DNA of 64,000 nt. Source: Oligoflexia bacterium. GTDB lineage: Bacteria > Bdellovibrionota > UBA1018. Within the stretch, counting starts at the first letter, position 1. Every line of letters begins with the position of its first letter. The translations under genes and the position numbers were made by a program. Positions 28,453 through 38,049 of the stretch are shown one piece after another. The stretch covers positions 1,088,001 to 1,152,000 of the forward strand of contig CAVWVI010000003.1 of assembly GCA_963758495.1 (NCBI GenBank), given 5' to 3'. Under the pieces are notes generated by a model, which ran no database searches, was not told the DNA's origin, and was given only the letters and a program-made list of their open reading frames with translations.

Positions 28453-31368
28453 ATGAAATTTACAAAATTACTGATATCCACAGTCGTTGCTCAATCGCTT
28501 GTTCAAAACCCATCTGCTTATTGCATGGAAGCTTTCAGAAATGGTTTTCAAATCGGCGTTCAATCGCGAACCCAGTTGACAGCAAATCTAAGAGCAAATC
28601 CCCAGAAGCTCCGACAAGATATCTTTGTTGAAAATGCCAAATTCCAATTTAAAACTCACCAAACGCTCCATCCTTTAGCGGTTATCGAGATCGCCAATGA
28701 GGTCGCTAGAAAAAGAGCAGAGGGGATACGTGATCAAGTCGATTTTCTTCAAAACATGAATACGCTCGATGCCGCTCTCAAAGAGCGAAAGCAGATCGCG
28801 AATGGAAATGCCACTTATAATCCTTTAGAATCCACCGAATCCAAAGCTATCCGAGATTCTATTGGCGCCTTTTCCTCCGTACTTAATTCTGAACACACAG
28901 GAGGTCTCTGGAAATCAGGACTCGTAGCTGGATTACAAAACTACCTCAATCTGAGCTCTCAAGCCTATGACCGCATCATAGGCCCTAAGGATCAGCAAAA
29001 AGCGCAAATTGCAGAATATGTTGACTTTAAGGCTTTTGAAGATCGATCTAGCAAAGTCCTGAGTGAAATGAAAAACTTAGCAATAGCGGATCGAGACTAT
29101 GCAAACGCATTGCGAACCTACTTAGCAGGATACCAAATTTCTTTGGATGCACGCGCAGAAGATCTTCTAGATGCCACCAAAAATCCAGAGTTTGCCCAAG
29201 CTGCAGGAATTCAAGAAATTCGGAATCTTCTCCAAAATCAGCAATTCACTTTAAATGCGGATACAGCCATTGAACTCACAACAGCACTCAAAGCCCAATT
29301 TGAAGACATTGTCCGTGTTGAAATGCGAGACGCCATCAGTCAATTTGCTACTCGCGAAACTCCACCTGTTGGAAAAAAATTAGCCGAAGCTGATCGATTG
29401 GCTTTCGCAGCTGCAACGGAAAGTCTAGCGCGAGACGCTCACCGATTGGAAGGAATTAAGGCGGCGGCGTCCATCTTGAAAAATCTAGTTGATCCTGGAA
29501 CTGTACGGACCATTCGCACCCTTGAAGGAATTGCTAGCAGCAGTGTTCAGATTTCTTCAGCGATCAATAAATTCACAAAAAATTTAAAGGACTCAAACCT
29601 GAGCAGTGGATTTGACCGTGTTCTTTCTGGAGCCATTCTATCAGGCGATCTCCTTTCAGTAGAATTGAACTTGGCTGGAATGTTTTTTGGATCAGGCCCA
29701 GATCCAGTCATGGCTCAGCTCCAAGAAATCAACCAAGGAATTGACCAAATCAAGGAGATGATTGTCGGATTGTCAGAGATGATTGAAGGTGTTTCTAAAC
29801 AGTTGAACGAGAAGCTCGATTACATTATCAAATATCAAGAAGTCCGCTTCAATCATATCGATACCCAGCTCACCCAAGTCCTCAAGAATCAGGGAACGAT
29901 TGTTAGATCTCTGAATCAATTGATGCAAGAGGCACAAAATCAAAATCGCCAATTGCATCAACTCCGTGAGCAATTACTGATTCTAAAATCTCAGAATGAC
30001 CAACAAAGGATTGAAAACTCTAGCTCTCTTAATACTCTCCTCAAGGGTCAGCAAGAAATTGCTGACCTGATTACAGAAAAGGATTTACGTAAATGCCTGA
30101 TAGCCCGTCGTCTTTTTGCCGGTGTGCCCATCAGCAGACGAGACTTCATGGACTGTTATCATGCCATTGATATCTGGATGGCTAGCAGAGTGGGAGCAGA
30201 TAGCATAGATGGAATTCAATCAATGACAGACGATACCCTTTGGGGAACTCTTTCTGGAGCTTCTGAAGAAAGAAAGCAGGAGATCGCAATCGTCAAGGCC
30301 CTTCAGTTTTTAGGAAAAGACAGGCTCGCGATTTCCCGCCCCGCACGTTGGGGAAGAGGAGCAAGTCTTATTTCTGATCTCTTTCTCAAAAATCTTGACC
30401 TGATTCCAACGATGGATCAGAGCGCTCTGATAGACCACAATGAGCGGCAGGGGATTTTTGATCGCCTCGGCTCGCAAATCGAAGAGTTCTACCAATTCCA
30501 GCGAGTTTTAAAAGATCGCAATTACTTGGGCGAACTTTTTGGACGCTACAAAGCCTCACTAGAAGAACTCAGAACCGCAATGCAAGCTAGCCTAACAGCA
30601 GATCTCAATAAAGCTGCACAAACTGAGGCTCATGATTTGACGGTCTTAAAAGCACGCGCTTTTGAGGCTTTAATCAATCCTTACTATGAACCCAACAACG
30701 AAGATAACCCTGTTCGGTTCTGTGAAACTCATTGGGAAGCATGCATTTCTAAAATGACTCTGAATGCAGAATCTTGTCATTACCTCTTAAAATCCACCGA
30801 ATGCCAATCGATCGATAGGTACCAGCATGAGGTAATAAAAATACTGACTGACAAAGGTCACGATGGGGTTTTCGATAATATCCTGGATCATTTGTCTCTC
30901 TACAAAGAGCTTATCAACCAGACACTTAAATTCCTGTATCCCCGCTCGTTTAACTCAAAAGCATGGATGTCCCAACTCCTTGAAGGCCCTGCTCAAATAC
31001 CTAGCAGACAAGACGCCTTCTCCATACTATTTGATATACCTGCTAAATTCCGTGAAAACCGAAAAGAATATAGTTTTTTACCTCTACGGGTGTTGATCGC
31101 TAATCGAAGCGAGTTCGAATACAATTCCTCCTTCTATCCTGTACGAGCGATAGAAAAAGGCCTTGAGCAGAGTCAAATGACTGATCCAAACTATTTAGAG
31201 CTAGAACCTACGTTAGAAATGGCAATAGATAAAATCTATTATCTACAAAACATTATTAGTAATTTGAAACCTTTTACAAATGTGAGGGACTTGGATCCAG
31301 TACCTCAAAATACCCAAACTAACAGGAGTTGGATGGGAAATCTAAAATCCTGGCTAACTCGAAAATAA
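28453..31368 (+). CDS. Large secreted alpha-helical/coiled-coil hypothetical protein (toxin-like architecture)
   Basis: Signal-like N-terminus MKFTKLLISTVVAQ...AYC. A central hydrophobic Gly-rich segment is followed by GSGPDPVMAQLQEI and a long heptad region. Confidence 0.7.
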   Translation: MKFTKLLISTVVAQSLVQNPSAYCMEAFRNGFQIGVQSRTQLTANLRANPQKLRQDIFVENAKFQFKTHQTLHPLAVIEIANEVARKRAEGIRDQVDFLQNMNTLDAALKERKQIANGNATYNPLESTESKAIRDSIGAFSSVLNSEHTGGLWKSGLVAGLQNYLNLSSQAYDRIIGPKDQQKAQIAEYVDFKAFEDRSSKVLSEMKNLAIADRDYANALRTYLAGYQISLDARAEDLLDATKNPEFAQAAGIQEIRNLLQNQQFTLNADTAIELTTALKAQFEDIVRVEMRDAISQFATRETPPVGKKLAEADRLAFAAATESLARDAHRLEGIKAAASILKNLVDPGTVRTIRTLEGIASSSVQISSAINKFTKNLKDSNLSSGFDRVLSGAILSGDLLSVELNLAGMFFGSGPDPVMAQLQEINQGIDQIKEMIVGLSEMIEGVSKQLNEKLDYIIKYQEVRFNHIDTQLTQVLKNQGTIVRSLNQLMQEAQNQNRQLHQLREQLLILKSQNDQQRIENSSSLNTLLKGQQEIADLITEKDLRKCLIARRLFAGVPISRRDFMDCYHAIDIWMASRVGADSIDGIQSMTDDTLWGTLSGASEERKQEIAIVKALQFLGKDRLAISRPARWGRGASLISDLFLKNLDLIPTMDQSALIDHNERQGIFDRLGSQIEEFYQFQRVLKDRNYLGELFGRYKASLEELRTAMQASLTADLNKAAQTEAHDLTVLKARAFEALINPYYEPNNEDNPVRFCETHWEACISKMTLNAESCHYLLKSTECQSIDRYQHEVIKILTDKGHDGVFDNILDHLSLYKELINQTLKFLYPRSFNSKAWMSQLLEGPAQIPSRQDAFSILFDIPAKFRENRKEYSFLPLRVLIANRSEFEYNSSFYPVRAIEKGLEQSQMTDPNYLELEPTLEMAIDKIYYLQNIISNLKPFTNVRDLDPVPQNTQTNRSWMGNLKSWLTRK

Positions 31369-31412
31369 CAGAAACCTATAAATAAATGAGGGGAAAATAA
31401 ATGAATACAGAT

Positions 31413-31947
31413 ATGAAAAAACTAATCAACTTATGGCTATTATTAATAACCTTAGATTTCAGTGCCTGTGGCTCCAGTCAAAGCCCTAATGAACCAATCT
31501 TCAGCGAGACTCAAACTGAAAAACCTGTTGCTCTTAATAAGCAGCCGCAATCTCCACAAATTAAAGTCTCGACACTCAGACAGAGCCAAAAACAGCGGAA
31601 ATTTTGGAACGGGAACAGATAGCTCAACTCTTTCCTATCCACAGACTCCGACCCACTGATAAAAAAGAGACTTCCTACACTGAAGTACATCAAAAAATGG
31701 AAGCCCTTCTGTGATCGCCTGGCAAGAATTTTTATGATGCTGAGAAGTTTGCTGAAGATATAGGTTATCGAGAGCGAACTTGTAAAGATATAGATACGTT
31801 AGCAACTATGTCATACATCATATTCAAAGTAATGCATCTTCATCCCGATTACGTTGTTGGATTCAAGAAAGTGAAGAAGACATTAACTCTGGTACGATCG
31901 GTAAATTCACCAAAGCTAATATTCGTTCACGACTGTGAAGAGTAACA
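31413..31947 (+). pseudogene. Decayed lipoprotein gene
   Basis: Lipoprotein signal MKKLINLWLLLITLDFSA-C, early stop at 31622, and protein-like open stretches continuing in shifting frames to ~31947. Confidence 0.5.
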
Positions 31948-32138
31948 AGTAGCGCCTTGAGTTATGGGCTAGGACTACGTTGCAACATGGAAGACTTACT
32001 CATTTTGTCAGAAACGATTTAAAAAATAGCCTCCCCCCTCCAGATCCGTATCCATACGTGAGGTAAATATATACTCAATAAATAAATTATGATATCTAAT
32101 CACATTTTTAACATGAGCAATAACTAAGAGACAGGTAT

Positions 32139-32600
32139 ATGAAACCGAATCAATTTAAAGCTTTATTTGGAATATTTTTAACCCTATTTATTGCCGCATG
32201 CAGAGCGGAACCATTTATTGAAACACTTGCAGAAAAAGAACATTCAATTGCGGCAGTAACAGAAGAGGAAGGTTCTCTTCAAACGAATGATGACATTGAT
32301 GAAGTAACAGAAGAAGAATTTTATCGACTTGCTGGAATTGATCTTTCTGAAGATGGGTCAGTTCGAAATGAGTTTGAATCTAATAAAACCCATAAATGTC
32401 GAAACTTCTTTTTTAATCTCGCTGGAAATGTAAGGTCATTTGCTATTGTGCTTGATAGCTGCATTTTAGATGGAAGCATGAATCGATACTTTATCAATCA
32501 TAGTGCTAAAGCCGAAATAAATGAGTCGACTCTAGAACCAAGCGAAAGTGAAATAAGAAGTGATCCCACTAATCCAGACGTTATACATTTGATCAATTGA
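32139..32600 (+). CDS. Hypothetical acidic lipoprotein
   Basis: Lipobox FIAA-C, AGGT RBS, internal VTEEE repeat. Confidence 0.65.
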   Translation: MKPNQFKALFGIFLTLFIAACRAEPFIETLAEKEHSIAAVTEEEGSLQTNDDIDEVTEEEFYRLAGIDLSEDGSVRNEFESNKTHKCRNFFFNLAGNVRSFAIVLDSCILDGSMNRYFINHSAKAEINESTLEPSESEIRSDPTNPDVIHLIN

Positions 32601-32662
32601 ATAATTTTAGCGAACATGACTTAAACAATAGTGTGTCTGGGTCTGGCCCAGATCCCATACAT

Positions 32663-33904
32663 CTAAATCAACCCAACTGGAATTTGGATCACCTTAGAAT
32701 TCAATCTTTCCACTGTGTTCGATTGATTCACCAAAAATCCTACAGGGAGGTTATATTCTAAAAGAAATGCATTCAGATTGACTAAATCCCGAGAATCCAC
32801 TTTGGATCCAAATTTGATTTCTATGGGAATCATCCCATAACGAGTCTCTAAAATCAGATCAATCTCGGCCCTGCTTCTGGTTCGATAATAAGAATAACTC
32901 CAATTCAAAGCACCCGCTGCGCCCAGTCCTTTAAGGATTTCTTCAATCACAAATGATTCGAATGATCGACTAAAACTCGGATGTCGTAATAAAGATTCTA
33001 AATCTGCAGTACGCGAAAGAAAGTGCTTGAGTCCGCTGTCTCTTAAGTGTCCTTTGGGCATTTTAACTAAAGACTTTGATTTGGATTTCGAAAAGCTAGG
33101 TAAGCTACGCCAAATATAAGTTCCATTCGCAATGGCTAAGTACTGAGTCACTGTGGGTTGACTCACATCCAGGAGTGAAGCGAGTTCGCTTCGATTCAAA
33201 ATCGTACCGGATAACTCTGCCAAGAGAGAAATAAATCGTTGGTATCTTGGAACGTTGATGCGTGGAAATAATTTCCGAATATCTCGCTCGATATAGGTTT
33301 TTTGATATTCCTCCATCCACCGCAGATAAAACTGAGGGCTCCCCTCTAAGACTGGCTCTGGATAACCCCCTTGCATCCAAAACCGCTGCATTTCTTGCGT
33401 GGTGATTTGCGAAGTTAAATCAAGAACCTCATGGGATAGCTGATTCAGATCACCGTCTAGAAGTGAATAGAATGGACTGAGGGGTCGTTCATAATATTCA
33501 TTAGCCTTCAATGTCCCCACTTCGACTGTCGCAATCCGACCCGCTAGCGACTCAGAAATATTCTTTAGTAACTCTGGACTACTGGATCCCGTCAGGAGAA
33601 AGCGACCCTTTTTTCCTCGGTCCTGATCCACCACTCCTCGGAGAATTTTGAAAAGATCGGGATATTCCTGTGCCTCATCAAAGATGATGGAATTTGGATT
33701 TTCAGAAAAGAAGAAGTCTGGATCCAGTTGAATTCGTCGTAAATCAGATGGCCGTTCCAGGTCATAGTAAGTCCAGGTTGGGCGAACAGTTTTTGCCAGC
33801 TCAGTTTTCCCTACTTGCCTAGCTCCTATGAGAGCAACTATAGGGAATTGTTGCAGTAAACCTTCGACTATAACTTCTTGATTTCGTTTAATTTTTTTAC
33901 TCAT
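32663..33904 (-). CDS. AAA_14 ATPase with C-terminal DUF4143 (PD-(D/E)xK-like) domain
   Basis: GARQVGKT, IIFDEAQ, LLTGSS, ESLAGR, GGYPE, YIERD, YYRT...EIDLI...IEIK. Confidence 0.9.
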   Translation of the reverse strand: MSKKIKRNQEVIVEGLLQQFPIVALIGARQVGKTELAKTVRPTWTYYDLERPSDLRRIQLDPDFFFSENPNSIIFDEAQEYPDLFKILRGVVDQDRGKKGRFLLTGSSSPELLKNISESLAGRIATVEVGTLKANEYYERPLSPFYSLLDGDLNQLSHEVLDLTSQITTQEMQRFWMQGGYPEPVLEGSPQFYLRWMEEYQKTYIERDIRKLFPRINVPRYQRFISLLAELSGTILNRSELASLLDVSQPTVTQYLAIANGTYIWRSLPSFSKSKSKSLVKMPKGHLRDSGLKHFLSRTADLESLLRHPSFSRSFESFVIEEILKGLGAAGALNWSYSYYRTRSRAEIDLILETRYGMIPIEIKFGSKVDSRDLVNLNAFLLEYNLPVGFLVNQSNTVERLNSKVIQIPVGLI

Positions 33905-33946
33905 CTGTAATTTTTAAAGTCTAACTTTAAAAATTACAGATGTCAA
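33902..33946 (-). promoter_or_regulatory. Sigma70 promoter embedded in a 19-bp perfect inverted repeat (operator)
   Basis: CATCTGTAATTTTTAAAGT-cta-ACTTTAAAAATTACAGATG (33902-33942). On the minus strand it reads TTGACA-17 bp-TAGACT. Confidence 0.8.
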
Positions 33947-33983
33947 TCTAGGTGCTCAACGGAAGCGGTGGCAGCATATGTTC

Positions 33984-34697
33984 TCACCCGATTGATTCCC
34001 AAGGATAGATTTCAATGGAATCAGAAAAGCTGATTCGTTCGGAACCTAAAGCAAAAAGACTAGGGTTGAGATCTATAGACTTTTCTCTGTTGGATTTATC
34101 TCTGAAAGCCTTCAGGATCTCTAGGTCTTTGCTGATGAATTTTTCTTCGGTGAAAAGCTTCACAGCAGCAAGTTGCTTTGAAGCTCTATCTTCAATGATT
34201 AAATGAATTCTACTTCCTTTTGGAGTTCGATAATAATAAAGAGTCGATTTTCTATCGTCTCTATAAGTTCTCTGAGAGAACTGCTCCTGAATTAACCAAG
34301 TATAGAGCTGCGTTTCAAATCCGCCACCGAGGATTTTTACGAAGCTGACATCGCATAAAAAATAGAGTGGCTTTCCTGTTCCCAATGGATGAGGAGGTAG
34401 CGAGTGAAGGACAAAGAGTGTTTGTAATGCGAGTAAATGAGTCTTGATCTTCCTTAAATCTTTTTTCAATGCTCGGGCGATATTCCCTGCATCAGGCTCT
34501 TCGAGTGAAACGACTTGCTCTAGAATTCTCCTACAGAGTTCAATATCTATTTTAATTTTCGGAATCAAAGAGACATCTCTTTGCGTGGTTAAATCAAGCC
34601 AGTCATGCAATAGCGATTCTCGTTCGTTTGAATCGCAAATGGCAAAAATTCCAGGCATCCCTCCTCTATTTAGATACTGAAGAAATTGAACCCTGCC
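33984..34697 (-). pseudogene. 5'-truncated AAA/DUF4143-family gene (C-terminal half only)
   Basis: The frame reads RVQFLQYLNRGGMPG (GG.P motif)...RD...KPLYFLCD...LYYYRTPKGSRIHLI. No Walker A/B; an in-frame TAA lies just upstream. Confidence 0.6.
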
Positions 34698-34709
34698 ATT
34701 TTACGACAG

Positions 34710-35729
34710 TCAACGTCTAAAACTGGTAGGGTTTAACGGAAGAGACGGCACAACCAAAACATCCCCAAATCTCAACCCATAAAAAGCGATCGGATGAACT
34801 TTAGCATGTGGGCAGCGAAAAGTAATTTGATGAGAATCACTCGAAAGATTCATGATGACAGAATAAAGTTGAGGGATTGAAATCTGCACAACCGACTGCC
34901 CTGTATCTTCCATAAACATGCTCTGGTCCCTGAATATACCAGGAACCGGAACACCATCTAGCTCCACAACGACTTTTGAGAGACTTTCCTTTTTTGAGAC
35001 CAACCCTGCAATCAATGAAATATTCGAAGACCTTGTATTCACTTCAATCCATGCATTTGGATCTGAAGTTAAAATTCTTTCACTCTCTTGGATCCATTCT
35101 CCACCCATTTTAATATCTTTCCTATTTGAATTGGATCCAAATTCAATCGACTCAGAATCCCAGATCATTCCCTTAAGAGGCTGAAGCACTTGCAGTAATG
35201 GTAATCCTACATCCTTTAATCTCAAAAATTTCTGAATATTAAACTCAGTATGATTCAGCCAATCTTTATCTTCATGTTCGAAAACCGTCTTACCTTGATC
35301 TAAGAGCAATATTTTAGGTAAAGTGTGCACTCGAAAACAGGCTGAGATAATCCCTTCCGCATCTATCGTGCATGGGAATTTAAATTCATATTTCTCTACG
35401 AATTTTTGACTGGATTCAGCTAATTTTAAAAAACTATAAGAAGGAACTAGAACAATTAAAATACCCAATTCGTAATTTTGGTAGCGATCGTACCATTCAT
35501 TTGCATAACCGATCGCAGCTGCTCCAGAATATAAGCTCAAATCAATAAAAAAAACTAACCAAGACTTCTTTAGAAATTCGGAATCAAGAGGGACCACAAT
35601 GGACTCATCCCCCACTCGAACTCCTGCGATTTGCGGCGGCAAACCAAACCAAAATGGCGCAAGTTCCTTTTTTGCTAAATCAATCGCTTCTTGTGGAGTC
35701 AACTCCTTCTCTTTGGGCTTCCAAGCCAT
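34710..35729 (-). CDS. DipZ-like redoxin-fold protein with C-terminal beta domain, CxxC absent
   Basis: LVFFID...EWYDRY..ELGILIV, FPCTID, PKILLLD.GK redoxin pattern; the C-terminal part resembles DipZ (VVVELDG, PQLYSV, FYGLRFG). Confidence 0.55.
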   Translation of the reverse strand: MAWKPKEKELTPQEAIDLAKKELAPFWFGLPPQIAGVRVGDESIVVPLDSEFLKKSWLVFFIDLSLYSGAAAIGYANEWYDRYQNYELGILIVLVPSYSFLKLAESSQKFVEKYEFKFPCTIDAEGIISACFRVHTLPKILLLDQGKTVFEHEDKDWLNHTEFNIQKFLRLKDVGLPLLQVLQPLKGMIWDSESIEFGSNSNRKDIKMGGEWIQESERILTSDPNAWIEVNTRSSNISLIAGLVSKKESLSKVVVELDGVPVPGIFRDQSMFMEDTGQSVVQISIPQLYSVIMNLSSDSHQITFRCPHAKVHPIAFYGLRFGDVLVVPSLPLNPTSFRR

Positions 35730-35731
35730 TT

Positions 35732-37123
35732 TTATTGCTCACTTTCATGAGGGGCACGTCTAGCAAGAGAAGCTGTCATTGCACATACCGCTATAAGTCC
35801 TGATACAAAAAGAACAGTGTGAAAGGCGGATTCAAAATTACGTACTTTTACCATTTGCTCAGTAAACAAACTAGTCGCCAGGCCGGTGCCTGTGACTATA
35901 CCCAAATTTCTAACTGTAGCCAACAAAGCGGACGCAACACCCAGTTTTTGTATAGGCACACTGCCCATAATCGCATTATTGTTCGGAGATTGAAAGAGAC
36001 CTGTCGCAAGCCCGATTGAAGCCAGCCCAAGAAGAATTTGATACGCACCGGAACCACTCCGAATTCCCAAACCAAAAACACCAGACATAATGAAAAGTCC
36101 AATTGCACCAATGAGTGCCCCCGTAAAACTCAACTCTTGACTGCCTAACCGATCTGACATTCGACCACTAATGGGGGCCACCACAAAAATAGTTAGTGGA
36201 ATGGCAGTCATAAAAATGCCCGCTTTTTGAGGAGAAAATCCCAGTACTTCTTCGAGAAAAAAGGGCATTAAAACGGAGACGGAGGAAAAAGCTACAAAAA
36301 TGAAGAATCCCGCCAAATTGGCAGTCCAAAAAGTTCTATTTTTCAATAATGAAAGATCAAATAACGGTGCTCGCACTTCAGCTTCTACTTTTATAAATAT
36401 AATGGAAAGTGCCAACACCCCTAAACCCACTATCCAGCGAGAGACAGGAAAAGGAATTCCCCCTGAAACAGAGACTTGAGGTGGATCAAATATAATAATA
36501 AATAAAAGCAATATAATAGTTTGTAGAAACGCACCAGCCCAATCAAAGGGCAAAACATTTCGAGAAGAACGATCTTTTTTAACGAAATAATGAACAAAGA
36601 CATAGCCAATTAGCCCAATCGGCACGTTAATATAAAAAATACTTCTCCAGCCTAAATGAGCAATTAAAATACCCCCAACACTAGGCCCTGTCACTAGCCC
36701 ACAACTCACAACCATCGCCAATATTCCTAAAGCTGTACCCCGATCTCGAGATGTAAAGGTGGACGTAATGATAGCAGGACCATTAGCCATAAGCATCGCT
36801 GCCCCAATTGCTTGAACAGCACGAAACAGCACCAACCAACTTAAATGAGGAGCTAAGCCGCAAAAAGCCGAGCCAGAAATAAAAATTAAAAATCCAATTT
36901 GAAAAATACGTTTTCTTCCATGTTGATCTGATAACCTCCCAAACGGAAGAAGCAAGCAGGTAATGAATAATAAATAAATGATCACTACCCATTTAATTTT
37001 ATAAAGATTTGGACCTAATTCTTTAGTAAGAGTAGGCAAGGCAATATTAACAATACTGGAATCCAGCGTTGCCATAAAGGTACCACAAGCTACCGATGCG
37101 AGTACCCACCATTTTTGGGTCAT
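35732..37123 (-). CDS. MFS transporter, DHA2 (EmrB/QacA) family
   Basis: FMATLDSSIVNIALP, GRLSDQHGRK, WRSIFYINVPIG, about 14 TM segments. Confidence 0.9.
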   Translation of the reverse strand: MTQKWWVLASVACGTFMATLDSSIVNIALPTLTKELGPNLYKIKWVVIIYLLFITCLLLPFGRLSDQHGRKRIFQIGFLIFISGSAFCGLAPHLSWLVLFRAVQAIGAAMLMANGPAIITSTFTSRDRGTALGILAMVVSCGLVTGPSVGGILIAHLGWRSIFYINVPIGLIGYVFVHYFVKKDRSSRNVLPFDWAGAFLQTIILLLFIIIFDPPQVSVSGGIPFPVSRWIVGLGVLALSIIFIKVEAEVRAPLFDLSLLKNRTFWTANLAGFFIFVAFSSVSVLMPFFLEEVLGFSPQKAGIFMTAIPLTIFVVAPISGRMSDRLGSQELSFTGALIGAIGLFIMSGVFGLGIRSGSGAYQILLGLASIGLATGLFQSPNNNAIMGSVPIQKLGVASALLATVRNLGIVTGTGLATSLFTEQMVKVRNFESAFHTVLFVSGLIAVCAMTASLARRAPHESEQ

Positions 37124-37206
37124 AGAGTAGTACTGTAACAATTTGATGCCCTAGGTTCAATATTATCTGATTAGTAAACTCAAATTTCGTGATATAGGAT
37201 GATACC

Positions 37207-38049
37207 ATGCAATCTAAAGAACTTGATGCTTTAGCCAATGAACTCAGAGTCTGGATTATAGATATGCTCACGGAGGCTAAATCTGGCCATCCAGGGGGAA
37301 GTTTATCTGCAACCGACTTAATTACTGCGTTATTTTTTCAAGAAATGAGGGGAGTAGATCCAGGCAACCTCCTTCCAGAAAGAGACCATTTCATTCTTTC
37401 CAAGGGACATGCCGCACCAGCCCTCTACGCTGCCCTAGCCAAGAAGGGATTCATCCCCTTCGAAGAACTTAACACACTACGAAAGCTGAATAGTCGACTT
37501 CAAGGCCATCCTGATCGCGTCAGACTCCCTATCGTGGAAGCTTCTACTGGGTCTTTAGGACAAGGACTATCAGTCGCTCAAGGCATGGCCCTAGGTCTTA
37601 AGCAAGATTCACCGTCTTCACGTGTCTATTGCCTGATTGGTGATGGAGAGGCTCAAGAAGGCCAAATTTGGGAAGCAAGTATGTCTGCACCTAAATTTGA
37701 ATTATCTAATTTATGTTTAATTCTAGACAACAATAATGGCCAAATTGATGGCCCTGTCAATCACGTGATGCCCATAGAACCCATTGCAAGCAAGTGGAGC
37801 GCTTTCGGGTGGCATGTGATTGAAATCGATGGTCACAATATGGACCAAATCCTAGGGGCATTTAAAGAAGCCAGGGACCTTCACCAAAGGGGTGGAAAAA
37901 AACCCGTATTCATCCTAGCACGAACCATCAAGGGTAAAGGGATCTCTTTTATGGAAAATCAAATTGGCTGGCACGGAGTCGCACCCAGCACTGAGGATGC
38001 TCAAAAAGCAAAAGAAGAACTGATGCAGAGAGGAAAAAAACATGGCTAA
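37207..38049 (+). CDS. Transketolase, N-terminal subunit
   Basis: SGHPGGSLS, LSKGH, LQGHP, TGSLGQG, TPP motif GDGE...N, WHG. Confidence 0.92.
   Translation: MQSKELDALANELRVWIIDMLTEAKSGHPGGSLSATDLITALFFQEMRGVDPGNLLPERDHFILSKGHAAPALYAALAKKGFIPFEELNTLRKLNSRLQGHPDRVRLPIVEASTGSLGQGLSVAQGMALGLKQDSPSSRVYCLIGDGEAQEGQIWEASMSAPKFELSNLCLILDNNNGQIDGPVNHVMPIEPIASKWSAFGWHVIEIDGHNMDQILGAFKEARDLHQRGGKKPVFILARTIKGKGISFMENQIGWHGVAPSTEDAQKAKEELMQRGKKHG

Noticed and set aside
27708..31368. Prophage or tailocin interpretation of the tail-collar gene
   Set aside because: No capsid, baseplate, sheath, lysis or integrase genes, and the protein has a Sec signal.
27259..32662. Integron cassette array
   Set aside because: The genes are co-oriented, but the spacers lack recognisable RYYYAAC...GTTRRRY attC structure and there is no intI.
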